Source: Octopus vulgaris (Eukaryota). From it: 64,000 bases of DNA. The DNA lies in contig OX597820.1 in the NCBI GenBank assembly GCA_951406725.2, forward strand, positions 83,886,001-83,950,000. Reading direction: 5' to 3'. The notes below the pieces were generated by a model. That model had not been told where the DNA came from, made no database searches, and saw nothing but the letters and a program-made list of their open reading frames with translations. Within the stretch, counting starts at the first letter, position 1. The number at the start of each line of letters is the position of its first letter. The position numbers were made by a program, and so were the translations under genes. Below are positions 14,001 to 29,600 of this stretch, in pieces.

Positions 14001-14649
14001 TAGTCTACTTTCTCTTTGATGTATGTTTTCTTTTCCTTACATTCGAAGCATAATATATTGAAATTACTCTTGCCAAAGATATCAACACTACAAAATCTAT
14101 AACCTTTTATAAAATTCGGTCGGATTGCATGTCTCCATACGCACTTTCGGGAAAATATAATACCATCATGTTTGAGCTTAGAACTACTTAGCTGCTAGAA
14201 ATGAAGAATAGAAAGAACAGTTACTGTTGAGAAAGTTATTCAGTCAACCCGTAAATGTTGAAGGACATTTTGCATTACTTTCGGGACGGAAATCCTTGTT
14301 CTATGCTTTGTGTGCATACATGTGTTGTTCCGTGTGCGCGTGAATATGCATATATCTACATGACTGAGTGTGTCTGAGTGTGTGAGTGTTTGTGAGCGTG
14401 TGTGTATGTATGTGTGTGTGTGTGTGCATGCGTGATCGTGTCCCCAACAAGAGTGCGGCGGGGGAAGTATGATTTTGTCCATTCCCGTAAATTAGCGGTA
14501 CAAAAGTAAAGATAGATAGAACAAGGACCTAGCCTTAAAAACAAAAGTACCTGCATGTTTTTGCGCGAATAAAAGAATTATTGCGGCGCCACTGTATAGT
14601 TGCATCTCAAAGAGTGAAACAACACAAGATACATACATAAAATATCTCT

Positions 14650-15400
14650 TATTGTTATTCAGCCTACTCACAGCTAAATAAATGTCATTTAGAGTTGCTT
14701 CAAATGCCATCTTCTCTATAACTTGAAGGCATTCGATTTTTTCTATCATCCTCATGTCAACGGATGATGGTCTATTCAAAAGTGCAGAAAAATATTCTAA
14801 CCAATGCTTATGAATATAGGCAGAGCCAGTCAAAAGCAAATGTCCATTAGCTGCTCTGACTGAAGCTATTGAAGAATATTTTGATTCCCCTACCTCCTTA
14901 ACATAAAAGTACAAACCCTTGGCATAATTTCTATCAGCTGCTTCTTGTACTCCTTTTGTTCTGTCATTTCACCATTCCTATATAATTTCCCTTCGAGCAG
15001 TCTGCACTTTCCCTTTCATCAGTGAGACATTGTCGATGTATAAATGCTAACAACGGTATACAACCTAATTTTGTCAGTTTTATATGGCATGACATGGATC
15101 GTTTAGATATACCACTTGGAAATTCTGCAATAGAGGATACTAATAAATCCTTGAGAGCAAACCCAACACCAGATTCTCTACGCTGATCCTCAGGCAAGCC
15201 TCTACAGAAGAGAGTATATCCATACGTAGTTTCATTTCTTTGATCCTCAGCAGAGAGATGAGTTTCAGTGAGAGCAACTATATCAAGGGAATATGTTTTA
15301 AGCTCACATGTAATATGTGACGTACGATTTTCTGGCCTCTTGTTGAAATTATCATCTAGAAGTGCTGGTACATTTCAACGGCAAAAGTTCACATGATGTT
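14650..15400 (-). mobile_element. RTE-clade LINE fragment (APE endonuclease and linker), decayed and internally deleted
   Basis: RPENRTSHITCELKTYSLDIVALTETHL..GYTLFCRGLPEDQRRESGVGFAL and HWLEYFSALLNRPSSV motifs typical of RTE ORFs. Confidence 0.8.
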
Positions 15401-16283
15401 TTTTTTTTTTCTCGAAGATATGACCACGACAGCAGGATGACGATCGGGTCAATCCTGTGACACATTGGGACACCTGCCGCTGCAGAACGTATCCGCTGAA
15501 GATCCCAAGCCCTTTTTTGCAACTTACCGAATTTGTATGAGATATTTCAAGGTAAGTAGCAAGTGAATTTTTATGTTTCTGTCAACCAAGTCAATGACTC
15601 TACTGAGATTTGGTGTACAAGTAGTACCTGTGGAGATGAATAATTTTCCGTGGGTGTAGCTCGTACTGCACTACTCCCACCTATTGGCCCAAGAAGACGT
15701 TCGGGCGTGTGACATGAGAACTGACAACACCGGGAACTTCCCAGGCCTCGGGTTTTATTTTGGAGATTTCCTTGTAGCTAGATTACTAACCAAGGTTAAA
15801 GAGTTTCTAACTGCCCATGAGCTAGGCTATCCCGTGCCAGACACAAAACCGACACTCAAACACTCCGTAGAGTGGTTAAATATCGTTCCGGTGTCCGAGG
15901 TAGAGCAGCTCATTCATATATACATACGTACATACACACATACATACATACATACATACATGCATACATACATACATATATACATACATACATACATAAG
16001 AAAATAAAATTAAAAAACGATATATTCATATTTACATATATTTGTGGATAGCCGTTGACTACAGATGACTTCTTCGACCCTTTGACGGGTCTAACTTTTA
16101 GTCCCGCAGCGTATCCAACGATCACCATCCTCACCAAGCAAGCTTGGTGGGTTTGCCGATATAACAGGTTGTACTGGGTTACATGCCAACAGTAGCGAAC
16201 AAGAGCAACTAATATCAATCGAGAGCGATATGACTAATGTGTGTGTGTGTTTATTTGTTTGTTTGTGCGTTGTGTGTGCATGT

Positions 16284-17352
16284 ACGACTGAAAAGATGCA
16301 CATTTGGAATGTGATCAAATGAGGTTTAATGTTTGTCATAGTTGCCCTTACGGTACAAACACTTCTTCCACCAGTGATGCAGTGATTGGATCACATTGGT
16401 TGAGAAACTTTTATTCTGTTGCTCATCACTATCCTCAACAGTAGATATGACGTTATTATCACTGTGATACGGTTTTTTCATATTGGGGTACATTTGACAG
16501 CTAAATATGACCAAATCAGAAGAAATGGGGATATGATAACCAGTCAAAAGCTACAGTCAGGCACAGCAGACAATGAAACCAAGGAATTGTGTGCTGGAGT
16601 ATTGCCCTAATAAAATAAGACCCCATTTATCAATTTTGCTGGGCCTTTAACTGCCTGAAAAAATTTGCATCCTAAGAAAGTGTGATTATCGTCTTCCCTA
16701 CAGCTGGAACGACTTTGGCCTTCTTTGGAGTGGGTGAGAATGGGTGTTCGCAATGCATCGATAGTGTCATTGTCTTTGGCTTAAAATAATGAAGCCAACA
16801 TTGATCCTGGTTCAGGAAACGTTCAAGGAAACCAAGAAGTGTCAGACATTTTGGTGCTCTCCGAGTAGAACAAATTCGGCATGCCTAGCTCGTTGTGCAG
16901 AATATATTCTAAATTTTTGCATGGTTTATTCTAATAGCATTGTCTCTTTGATTCATAGTAAATTACCTGCCATCCACCGTAATATTTTCGTCGGTGGTGG
17001 CACTTTCAAGATGGCCAAACCTTGGGCCATCTTCACAACTCTCTCTCTTCTCCTCCTAAATTCAGCTGCCTACTTTTGCACAGTCGATAAAGATGGAGCA
17101 TCATCCCTTAACGTCATCATGAATGTTGTTGGTGGCTAAACCCTTTTGTGCAGATACTTGATAACACTAAAATGCCAAATGTTATCGCTACAAGTTACAC
17201 TGGAAGTCATCTTCAACAGTCAGATGTCAGTTTACCTGTAAAGTAACAATTCATTTATCAATAAGATGGGTGGTACTTAATGCATGCAAGGTTTTGCAGC
17301 TTCGGCATCCTTCCTTCATAGTCACCGCTGAACTTTACAACCTAATCTCTTA
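16284..17352 (-). mobile_element. Decayed mariner DNA transposon
   Basis: C-terminal motif HIPISSDL..YPNMKK..IQSLHHWWKKCLYRKGNY (cf. HPPYSPDL..RWxKCxxxxGxY); ends approximate. Confidence 0.75.
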
Positions 17353-18809
17353 TATAATTTAACTTTTACTGTATTCAGTCACTAGGCTGTAGACATGCTC
17401 TGGCACCACCTTGGAAAACATTAGTTAAGCAAAACGATCGCAGTGCGTTGCTGTTTAAAGCTTGCTACTTATTATATCGGCTTCTGTTGCTGAAGCGGTA
17501 TGTTACGGGACCGTAATCACACCAACACCGGTTGGTGGGGGATATACAGACACAAAAAACACACGCACACATATATGTATGTATAAATACATACACACAC
17601 AGAGACATATTTATATATATATTTTAATTGTATATACATATACATACTGATTTGGGAAGTTCTCTGGCATATGTGTGTGCATCTTTGTCTGTGGATATGT
17701 GTGTGTATTTGCACATTTGTGCGTGTGTATATATGTATGCGTATAATTAAAAGAGATTAATACCCACAAACAGTTCTGAGATGCAGAAACAATAGTTACA
17801 CTAATCCATAGGAATGGCGAAGCACATATAAAGCGGAACATATAATAGCCACACATATATATATCGATGTATATAAATATAAATAACTGCATATTTAGAC
17901 AAAACGTAAGATTTATATAATTCCCTTGGTGAACATCGATTTTGTCCATATCCTTTGTTGTTTTTGAATGAGTCTGAAAATATCAATTAAATTCCTTGTT
18001 TATTCCTCTCATTTCTTTTGTGGTTAGCAATCAATATAATTCCATTTGGTAGTTTAGCGTACATACTCATTTAAATTTGACCTGTTGTAACGCAATCCCC
18101 ATCACCATTTATACATTCTTATGTTTTCACTTTGTATACAAGTGGCAGATAATTGCAACGGCTAAATCGATATGTTTCAGTTTGATTAAAAGCCTTTCAT
18201 ATCACTATGTACATATCTGTGTAAGTGTGGTATATGCGTGTGTGTATCTCTCGCCCTCTTTCTCACTCTCTTTTTCTCACCCCCTTTCACTCTCTGTCAC
18301 CCTCTTGCACTCTCTCGCTCTCTTTTTCTCTTTCTCTCACCCCTTGTCTCCTCCTCCTCTCTCTCTCTCTCTCTGTAAGTATATGTGTGTTTCGGTTTTG
18401 TGTGTCACTGAATATCTAAGTAATCACCCTGGCTATCTTTAGAAGAATTTATTTCGCGAATACAATTGATTATTTTTTTAAAAATCTCATTACCATCATC
18501 GCCACAGCCACTTCCACCACCATTATCATGATGAAGATGTTGATGATGATGATTATGATTATGATCATCACCAGCATCATCATCATCATCATTCATTTAA
18601 TTTGAATAAACCTCAGATATGATGTGGTATCCAATTTAATTTAAATATTTGAAGCGAAAATGCATATAAAAAGGGACATTTTCGCATAACTACGTACTCT
18701 GGAAATGAGTAATCTCGAGTTTTAGATACGAATATATATTCATATTCTTTATATATTTTCTTTATATTCTGTGTGTATATATATATATATATATAATATA
18801 AATATATAT

Positions 18810-18842
<33 letters not shown>

Positions 18843-19099
18843 AATATATATATACACGTACACACTCACACACCCAAAAACTAACGCACGCACGCATGTA
18901 TATATATATATACACATATTGCTAATATGCTTATGTAGATTTATGCGTGTTTATCTGTGTTTGTGCGAGTGAATATCTACGTATTATCTATTTAAAATTA
19001 TTGATTGTAAAAGATGCATGTTATCTTAGCGTTTTAAGTTTGTAGATGAGGATCGTATCCATATACCAACCACGTTTCCTTCAACATCGATGCAGTATT

Positions 19100-19505
19100 A
19101 TTCGCTTCTACTCTAAGCACAAGACCCGAAATTTTGGCGGAGGGTACCAGTCAATTAGATCCACCCTAGTACACAACTGGTACTTAATTTATCGAACCTG
19201 AAAACACTAAAGCCAAAATCAACCTCGGTGGAATTTGAACGCAGAACACAAAGAGAGACGAAATATTGATGCCGTAATATTGTTTCTTGTACTAAGATGG
19301 TGAGCCGACTGACATGTTAGCACACCGGGCGAAATGCTTTGTGCTATTTTGTCTGTCTTTACGTTCTGAGTGTAAATGCCACCGAAGTCGAATTTGCCTT
19401 TCATCTTTTCGATGTCGATGAATTACGAAGCAGTTTTCACTGGGGTCGATCTAATCGACTGGTCCTTCCCTAAAATTTCAGGCCTTGGGCTTAGAGTAGA
19501 AAACA
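19100..19505. mobile_element. Divergent (head-to-head) pair of Octopus SINEs: - copy ~19100-19270, + copy ~19300-19505
   Basis: Family motifs of 7755-7988 on both strands. Confidence 0.7.
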
Positions 19506-20299
19506 GTATTGTTTCTTGTCCTTATCAACTGTTTCTGTTTAACAATAATACTTTGTTGGGTGCATAAAATCGTAACTCCATGCATGTATGATGTTTGTAG
19601 TAAAAAAGAAAATTTGGCAAACTATGTTATGTGGGACTTACTACAAATTTGAAAAATGCTAAACCGTCGTTCTGCTTTTTAACAATTATCATATCCTAGC
19701 ATCTGAAGGTAGAGATACGATATTTTGACCAAAAGAACTGGCTATTGCAAGGAAAATTAAATGTTGAAATCAACGCATTTGGCCAAATTTTGACATACGG
19801 CAGTTTAACATAATAGCAACGATATGTAAGAAAAATTAAAAACGTAGCCACATGTGTGTATGAGTGTGTGTTCGTGTGTGATGTATGTTTACATATATAT
19901 ATATAAGTGTATATGTAGACATGTATATGTGTGTGGGGGTGCGTGTGTATGAGTGTGTATGTGTGTGTGTGTGTGAGTGCGTATAAATGTATATATATGC
20001 GTGTATAAATTTGAAGGTGAGGCTGTGTATTGTTTCACTTGTCAGCGTCTGAATTGATGTTTACATCGGTTAAAGAGATTTTGTCGTCAATTGTCTGTTA
20101 TCTCGACAACAGTTGGTGTTCGACAATAAACACAGATAGTATAAGAGCAAGTCAGGAATTAGCTGTGAATTCAATATGCTATACAGAAATTTGGAAATGA
20201 CGATGCTCAAATATGACTAAAGGCTCCAGGCTGGAAGCTGTAAAATGTTAAACAAATACAATTATAACACACTCTTTTACAATATGGAAAACTCATTAT

Positions 20300-20645
20300 A
20301 CTAATTATCATTAGCACCATTAGCTTCCTCTTCATCACTGACAATATTTTCACCGTCATCATACCTATCATCATTTTTTCATCGTCATCATCGTCGTCTT
20401 CATCATCATCATAATCATCATCATCATTATGGTCATCTTCCTCGTCATCAACTGCATCATCATCATCGTCACCCTCGTCGTCACCATCTTCATCCCTATC
20501 CTCCTCATCCTCCTCATCATTATCATTATCATCATCATGGTTAATTTCCTCGTCATCAACTGCATCATCGTCATCGTCATCGTCGTCCATTTCATCCCCA
20601 TCCGCATTCCCATTATTATCACCATCATCCTCAACATTGTCGTCG

Positions 20646-20696
<51 letters not shown>

Positions 20697-21171
20697 CCAT
20701 CAGTAACAATATTTTCTTTAATTTTTCCAGTGATACCCCCACTTTTTAATTAACAATATTTTCATCATCATCTCCAGAATAGCACTCAATGTCATCATAC
20801 CACTCTTCCCAGTCTTTTGCTATGATCTCCAAGAGAAGCAATATCCTTATTTTCCTCTTCCACCTCGTCCTCCTCGTTGTCACCGTTTCATCAGAAGTAG
20901 TTCTCACTGTATTCTGGACGTAAGTATCATGTTTTCAGTGCAAATGAAATAACCATTGTCAACAATCTTGTTATCATTTTTATCATTCTCATTTTCGGCG
21001 ATGTCGTTTTACTTCTTCGTTATCATTGTTTATATGTGTCATCGTCTTCATTATTGTCGTCACAGTGATCATCATCACCATCGTCTTAATCACGTCTTTG
21101 CCACTACAGGTACTACCTCCACCGCTGCCGCCAAATGCAGCAGCAGCAACACCAATTCTGCCACCACCGCC

Positions 21172-21252
<81 letters not shown>

Positions 21253-21360
21253 GTCGGCGTTATCATCATTATCATCATCATCATCATCATCATCATCGTC
21301 GCCGTTATCATCATAAGCAGCAGCAGCAGTGGCAGCAGCTACAGCATCTTTCACGTCATC
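20300..21360. repeat. Degenerate and pure (ATC)n trinucleotide region
   Basis: Direct reading; source of the poly-D/M/H/S ORFs. Confidence 0.9.
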
Positions 21361-22218
21361 ACAGACAGCTTTTCCGAATGAGAAATTAATTTAATTTGAA
21401 TGGAAAATTGCAAAGAAATTATGAGAAGCTTTCTAATGGATATTGACTTTCGGAAGCGCCAATTGAATTGTGACTGATTTCAATACACCAAAATTATCCC
21501 AACAATATATTCCTCCGCTTCTCCGTACTATCACATCTATGCTCTGCCTTCCCCTTCACACAATATGTCTCCCCCCCCCCCCCCATAATACACTTTCCCC
21601 GTCTCCACGCATAACCCTCTTCTAATCAGCATATGTACACCCCTCATTCTCAGCTAATTTCTATTTGATACCCACATTATGCCTAATTCATTCTATTTAT
21701 AATTTTTGAATATTATTACAAATAGGAAAGAATATATTAAAGCATATGAAATCCTTCAATCATATTGAAATTTCAAATGATTTAATTAAATCGAAAATAA
21801 AATAAAAAGCGTTTCAAAAATTCCTTTTATTGAAAATACAAGATTTTAAGGATTTTAAGTAGAAAATTATGAAAAAAATAGGATAATTTTTCTTCTTCAT
21901 TTTTAAAGAAAAATAAAATCATAATAAATATAGTTGAAGTAGCAAAGGAACGAAAAGAAGAAAAGCAGTTACAACAACAGCAACAATAACAACAACAGGT
22001 TAATCATAATTTGAAGCCAACAGCATCTACGGCAAACAACAATCAAAGCATATTACGAATTTGAAGTGTTTTGGCAATAGATTACTTTTTCTGACAGTTC
22101 TTTAGTAATGTTATTAATTAAAATATTTCACGTCTGAATGGTCTGGTCTGATGCAAGCTTCATTATGCACCAATACTGACACGTAGATGTGGGGATTCAC
22201 AGGAAATTTAATTCTCTC

Positions 22219-22326
<108 letters not shown>

Positions 22327-24502
22327 TAGATATGCACACACACATACGTACGTGTATGTGTGGCGGCGGGTGTATGTGTGTATATTAATATTACGAGTGA
22401 TAGAGAGAGAGAGAAGGAGAGAATGAGACAGCTGGATAGATAGAGATATGTATGTAACTATGTTTGTACATGTGCGAGTCCATACACGCAGAAGTATAAT
22501 TTTTCATTTTAATTCATTGTCCATACTGATACATAATCATTGTTACCTATTCTCTGCGTCTTTCTGTTTTGTGCCCCAGATGCAAAATACTTCTTATCAT
22601 CCGTCTATACAAAATCTCTTTTTCGTTAATCGTAGGTGATTACATCTCCTTTTTGTGGGAATGGTAATCATTTTAAAACTTTATAACTGTGACTGATTAA
22701 GATAATGTATAACTTATCAATTCTCATCATATCCTTTATTATCTATTTAGTTGGTAGCCAATCTTTCTTTAACCGGAGATCCGCGTTGCTGTTTTTGTCT
22801 AGTTAATGAATATAAATGTTTCTGAGACTATACCTCATAGTAAATTCCTTTATATCTTGCTCATATATTTGGACTACAACGCCGTTTTATTCGAACGATG
22901 TAACTTACATTTGGTCAGAAATTGCAATAAACCTACAGTTATAAAATAAAAGCCAATGAGACAGCACTATTTCATTAAATATACATCTGGATATTTTATA
23001 AACTGCTAAGTTCCGTGAATGTCATGTAATGAAGTTTAAACAATTACGCTTTCAAAAATGTCTCACTTTCTGTGATCTCGAAAATAGCTCAAATTATAAG
23101 CGTCTTACTGAGAGTTGAACTTTAATGTAAGGAGAAGAAACGATGCTGATACTTTTAGGCTGCGTCGAAATATTGTGTTGGCAAAATTCAAAGAAATGGG
23201 CATTGCCGATACACTTTTCTAACGAATCTTTACTGCATATTTCCAGATCTGCTCTTACATTTAGGGAACATACTCAAACGAATTTGGTTTCACACGTAAT
23301 CAATTCTGGCATTTAATTAGATACATAATTACTTTGAACCGAGTATAAATCTGTTCATGTCACTTATTCATTTTATATCACCTGTTGGTGGTAGGTTCAC
23401 TTTTGTTGCTCAGCAAAGTATCTTCTTGCATGTGGTGAAAACATTAACATTTAAACGATCGAATCTTCAAGATGTAAGAAATTAAAGTCACGCAAAGCGG
23501 AAAGCAGAAGCCTTAAAGTGTCAGATAAATTAGATACAGCTACATTGAGTGTAAATATTGTGGAAAATATTGAAGAAATTTCAAGATGCCTCAGAGAAGC
23601 AAAATTCACTGCTCTCTTTGAAGCACACGGTTTGTGGTATTGTAAGCATTAGGATCGGTTCGAAGAGAAAGAACACAAGTTTAAATATGTATTAAATGCA
23701 ATGCATAGTTCAGAGTAAAATGTGAAGCGAAAAGGAAGACTTATCTTGATCAAGCACTTTCTGTATAAAAATTATTTACAACATATGAAAGAAATATGGT
23801 AACAGGAAAGAAATGGCACAGGAAACTGCGATTAAATCTGCAGCAGATATTAAGTCCTGTGAAGGTTTTATACAGCGTTATTTCTATATTCCAGCCCCTT
23901 CTATGAATGATGCCGATATCACTCATTCATGAAATTGCATGAAAATTTAATATCTGAGATTACCTATGCGTGGATGAACGAAAGAAATTTATATAAAATT
24001 CTGATTCGGAGGTGTGTTTTATAGCAGTTATATGAATATGGCGCTGTAAAAATATGTATTTGCATAAGGACAAAATAACTTCAGGCAAAAATTCATGATG
24101 AATATACAAGATGTTACCTTTCGAAAAGTATGTAAACATAAGGTTAGAAGTAAACAGACAAGGGAGAATCTACACAGAGTTTTAGTTAAAATTCTGTACA
24201 ACAATCAAAATAAAATCCTGTACAACTTCACACCAACCAAAATATTTTGTCAGGATGTGCGCAAAAATACTCATTAACATGTTTAATGTCGTTCACGTTG
24301 GAAAATATTGAACATCCTCGTTGTATGACCTTCACCAAAATTTTGAGGCGCGTAAGTGATTTTTTGGAAAAACTAGGAGGTCGTCTGAGAATCTTTTTTT
24401 AAGTTTCGTTGATTTCAAAGAAATGTTTATTACAGTTACGATCCCAGCCAAACACAAGACATTCGTAAAAAAAGATCGCACTCCCTGCCAGTTAATGCAG
24501 GG

Positions 24503-24803
24503 AGATATAGAGAGATACAGTTGACGATCCAATAATTTATCTGTATTATAATATAACATATATCAAATTTCGCTTAATATACGGAATTTTGTCTATCTTT
24601 TAAACATAACTCTGATGAGACATATATATGTGAATTAAATTGTTTATAAATCCAATAATGTATATAAATCGAAATATATTGTTGACTCTCTTGGTTATTC
24701 AATATTTAAAAAAATGTTATATTATATTATATAATATTCATAGTATATTATGTTATATTATAATATAGATAAATTATTAGATTGGCAAGTGTATCTCTCT
24801 AAT
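24503..24803. repeat. Inverted repeat (~55-bp arms) enclosing a degenerate hammerhead-like motif
   Basis: Arms give near-identical peptides on opposite strands (MLYYNTDKLLDRQLYLS / MLYYNIDKLLDWQVYLS); CTGATGA at 24612 and GAAA at 24671. Confidence 0.6.
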
Positions 24804-24831
24804 TTATTGTTTATATATACATTTACATATA

Positions 24832-24867
<36 letters not shown>

Positions 24868-25604
24868 TGTATGTATGTATGTATGTATGTATGTATGTAT
24901 ATATATATGGGTGTGTGTATGTATGTATATATAAATATACATATATATATATATGCATACACACACACACAAATGCAGACAGACAAACAGATAGATAGAT
25001 AATATGTGAAGATACTGATAACATTGATGACGACCGCAAAGATTATTACGACGTCATTGATGATGATGGCCGTGGGAATGATGAAAGCGATGACGAGTAT
25101 GATAAAGAAAGATATCATAGAAATAATAGCAGTAAAGATCCTCTCTGTTGAGGGCACAACACCTGAAATTTTCGGGGTGGGTTCTAATCGATTACATCGA
25201 CCACAGTACTTGGCCAGATGTTATGCAACGGACCTCGAAAGAATCAGTGGCAAAATCAATTTCAGAACAATTTCAACTTAGAATGCAAAGTCGGATTAAA
25301 TGCCGATAAGCATTTTGTCTGATGCAAGAATCATTATGTTTGATCGCTAATCCCCAAAAGCAAAATAATGGTTTCAAATTTTCGCACAAAGCCAACAATT
25401 CTGCGGTGGGTAACTCGATTGCATCACCAGCAATACTGAAATAGTATTTGTTTTATTGACTACAAAAGATGATAGGCTAAGTTGTCGCATCGGAACTTTA
25501 ACTCCGAACTTCAAGATAGAAGAGCTACCGCTAAATATGTTGTTCGGTAGGTGAAGGATCTTACAGCTACAGTTATAGTATTAGTGGTGGTGGTGATGGT
25601 AGTA

Positions 25605-25679
<75 letters not shown>

Positions 25680-25786
25680 CAGCAGCAGCAATTTTGCCAC
25701 CTGCGCAGGAGACGGGAAAGAGGCGATTAAATCGACGCCAGTGTTTCACTGGTACTTAATGTATCGACCAGAACGAATGAAATAAC

Positions 25787-25878
<92 letters not shown>

Positions 25879-25924
25879 CAACAATAACAATAATAACATT
25901 AATAATAATAATAATAATAACACT

Positions 25925-26595
25925 AACTCACAGGAAAGGTATAAGTACCTGGGGATAAGCGAAAGAGATGGTACACAACTCTCCACAAGAAAGCTGCAAA
26001 TACCTGTGGATAAACGGAGATGGTAAACAACCCTCACAAGAAAGCTCCACATTCCTGGGGATAAACGAAGGAAATAGTATACAACATGCTACTATGAAAG
26101 AAACAATACGAAAGGAGTATTACAGAAAAAATACAACTCATACTAAAACCTGAATTCAACTCCAAATACCGCATCGAAGTCATTAGTGTACTGGCACATC
26201 CAGTAGTCTGATACAGTTTTAACATCCTTAACAAAATTCCCAAGCCTGGATAGCACGACAAGAAGACTACTATCACCTAAAACCATGCGCCACTCAAAAG
26301 CAGACGTTCATCATGTGTACCTTCCTATAAGTAATAGGGGAAGGGGAATGATGCAGTTAGAACTGTGCTATAAGACCTCGACAATAGCAATGGACAAGTA
26401 CTTATCTAGTAATGAGGACTGGATGCAAACACGAATGCAGCAAACCATCACAATCAATTGTCAACGAAGCTTGAAAGCTCGCAAGGGAACTTGACATTAA
26501 CTCTGAATTAGAAACCACTGCCATGAAGAAAGCAAAACGAATGAAACAGACTGCAAAAAAGAACAGGCAGAAACAAATTGATGCGTGGTGGAGCC
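25925..26595 (+). mobile_element. R4/Dong-like non-LTR retrotransposon fragment (RT C-terminal/thumb region) following (TAA)n
   Basis: YKYLGI, IQHATMKETIRKEYY, HSKADVHHVYLP..GRGMMQLE motifs; start region triplicated in ~48-bp units. Confidence 0.8.
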
Positions 26596-26624
26596 AGACA
26601 TGGCATCTTAAAACGGGAACTGTT

Positions 26625-29600
26625 CCTGTCTTTAAGGAGATAAGGAGAAGAGGCTTGAATCCCGTACTCCAATATGGGTCTCACCAACGTGACATAGAGC
26701 GGTAGGAATATGGCTGCTGTGAGCATCCCGAATGACCGTCGAATCAAGAACAGAATTCCGCGTGCTTTGTTGGCAGCATGGACGCACTGGCCCAAAGGCG
26801 AAAAGGAAGAATCCACCAAGATACCCAGGTCCTTTACCTGATCGGTCCTCTCCAGCAGCAGACGACCGGGCTCGAAATCAAGATGAGTTGCAGGAGGAGA
26901 GCCAACAAACAGATGACAGCACATTGACACGTTCAGACACAGGTCCCATTCGTTAGACCATCTCCAAATTTGGTGGAGGCATCGACGAAGATCCTCTATA
27001 TCACCGCGAGGAGCGACCAGTTTGACATCGTCGGCAAATAGAAGGGTGTGTTGCGTGAGGTCGTCGGGCAAATCATTTATGAAGACTAAGAACAATGAGG
27101 ACCCAAGCACTGAACCTTGAGGCACGCCACTGCTCGCACTGGAGACGTCGGACCGCGAACCATTAACTTGGACTTGGAAGGAGAGATCTGAGAGGAAGGC
27201 ACCAACCCAACTTACAATATCCGGATGGAAACTATATGCTTGAAGCTTGACAAGTAATAGGCGATGGTTTACTGAGTCAGAAGGCTTTGGCAAAGTCCAA
27301 TAAAACGATGTAAACAGCATTACTATCATCGAGGATGCGCGTCACCAATTCTTTCCTTACCAGTAAGTTGGTCAAGCATGATCTCTTCGGTACGAAGCCG
27401 TGTTGGGAATCAGAGATAGAGGCTGTGTTTTGGAGGTGGAGCATCATACTTTTCTTAAGGTTGGTTTCGAACATCTTGCTGATTATTGATGTAAGGGAAA
27501 CCGGTCGGTAGTTAAGCGAGTCTTCGCGGCTCCCTTTCATGAAAATTGGGCAGATTATCGCTGTTCTCCAGTCCGCAGGTATAACACCCGTCGCCAATGA
27601 CATATTGAATAGACGTGTTAAGGGCTCGCAGATGACCGGAGCCAACGCCTTGATAACCCGTGGGTGTATGCCGTCAGGGCCGTGACCCTTGTTGACATCG
27701 AGGCCTTGAATAACGCGTTCGACTTCGTCCCGCGTGATGACCAATCGAAGAAATGGAGGTACCGATATATCAAATGGAGGGGGTTCACGACCATCATCTT
27801 GTTTGAAAATAGTTGAAAATGTCTCGGCAAATAATTGACTCTGTTGATAAGGGTTCTCAATCGATACGCCTGTTGAGCCTACCAACGTTGCAATTTGGTT
27901 GTTCAAGCGGGAATTCCGTTGGCAAAGAAGGTTTTTGGATTGCTACTGGCGTTCGCCGCGATTTTGTATTCATATCTGAAGCGTTCTTCCTTTTCAATTT
28001 TCACGGCCCGGTCTCGTTGAGTTTTGTACACCTCAAAAGCTGCAGTCGAATCCAGATTTTTGAATTCAGCCCAAGCAATATCTCTGAGTCGAAGTTCTCG
28101 TTTAACCTTCTTCGTCACCCAGGGCTTGTATTTCTTCTTCTTGGGAAGCCCAACGGGAACTGCCTGGTCAGTCAAACAGATTACATATGCTTTGAAGGAT
28201 GACCATAGTTCGTCAACTGAGGACAACGTCATCAGGGATCGCCAGTCCAGAAGCGCGGAAGCCTCGGTTAGAATTTCAAGATTAATTGCAGAGAAGACTC
28301 TACGTGGCAGCGAAGTAGTCGTAAGCGTAGAAAAAGTTGTGTGCATGACGAACTTCAGGACCGCATGATCACTCTTGGCAAGAGGGGCGCACACAGATAC
28401 GTCTGACACTGATCTGGTATAGCGGGAGAATACCAGATCCAACATAGATGGCTGCTGCCCAGACCGATGCCTTGACGGATATTCAACATGTTGCCATAGA
28501 AAACAATCTTCAGCCACGTCAAGAAGGGCCTAGCCGAACCGGGAAGATGATGTACAAATTGATGCGGGCCAATCGATCGTGGGAGCGTTGAAGTCTCCTA
28601 ATATCAAACAGTCATGAGAAGCTGAAACGAATCTTATCGCTTCGAGTAAATGAGCATCGTCCTTGGGTCGACAAGAGGCGGCATGTAGACAGCTAACACG
28701 GGTAGGCAAAACCCGGATAGGCTCAGCTTGCAATAGACGGCATCAAATTTTGTTGTAGGTTGAGCATTTGTGGGTAGAATACCGCTGGACGGTTTGAGAT
28801 CAGATTTAACATAGACAGCAACACCTCGTCCTCGTCTTTTTTCTCTGTCACATCTGAAGAGGGCGTAGCCCTGTAGGTGGATTTCTGAGTTCTTTACTGC
28901 TGGAGTCAGCAGCTCTCGATGATAGCTATCACATCAGGGGAATCACGCATGGCCAGTGTAAATAGTTCGCTGAACTTTGGAAATAAGGAGCACGGGTTGG
29001 TATAGATGATGCTGAGCTGTGAAGTTTGAGGGGCGGGAGTTGGGAAACAAACAGAATAAGGGGTTTCAGAGATAGCATCGTTGACGGGGGTATCTACTTT
29101 ACTTCGATTCGCCCTAAATTCACTCTCCCTGTCAGCAGTACAGCATGCGACCAGAGGTAGGACTTGATTATTTGTCCATCTTGGATGCGTAAACTCTTCT
29201 TTCCCATCTGTTTTCTCATCTTCAGTTCGGATATTATGTTTCGCCGGCGAATTCTCTCTCTCAGTGAGTATTCCTCGCGAAAACCCATATTGGGGTCCTC
29301 CCAGGCATGCATCTGAGCTCTGTTCAGAAAGGTTGAAGCCTCCTGATCGGAAGAAAAGATTACTCCTATTGGGCGTGGTCTAGTGTCTGAGGTTGAGTTC
29401 GCTTGGAATCTTCCTAGTCGAGCGACCTTATGGATACTGACATTTTCGTTGACAGACAACAATTCTCCAACTAAAACGGAAACAAAAATTTATGTCTTCT
29501 TTTAGTCGGTTTATGCCTGTATCACAGGTGGATTCAGCTTTACCATAAATTATTGCTGATCTTGAGTGGGCAAAATGGCCTTTCTGTTCTCTACTATGAG

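Noticed and set aside
20207-21389. Poly-D/H/S/M ORFs resembling acidic or His-rich proteins
   Set aside because: Translations of (ATC)n repeats, open in several frames on both strands
25930-26075. Three ~48-bp repeats as a CRISPR-like array
   Set aside because: Eukaryotic context; these are tandem re-copies of the YKYLG-coding segment at the truncated start of a Dong fragment, with no unique spacers
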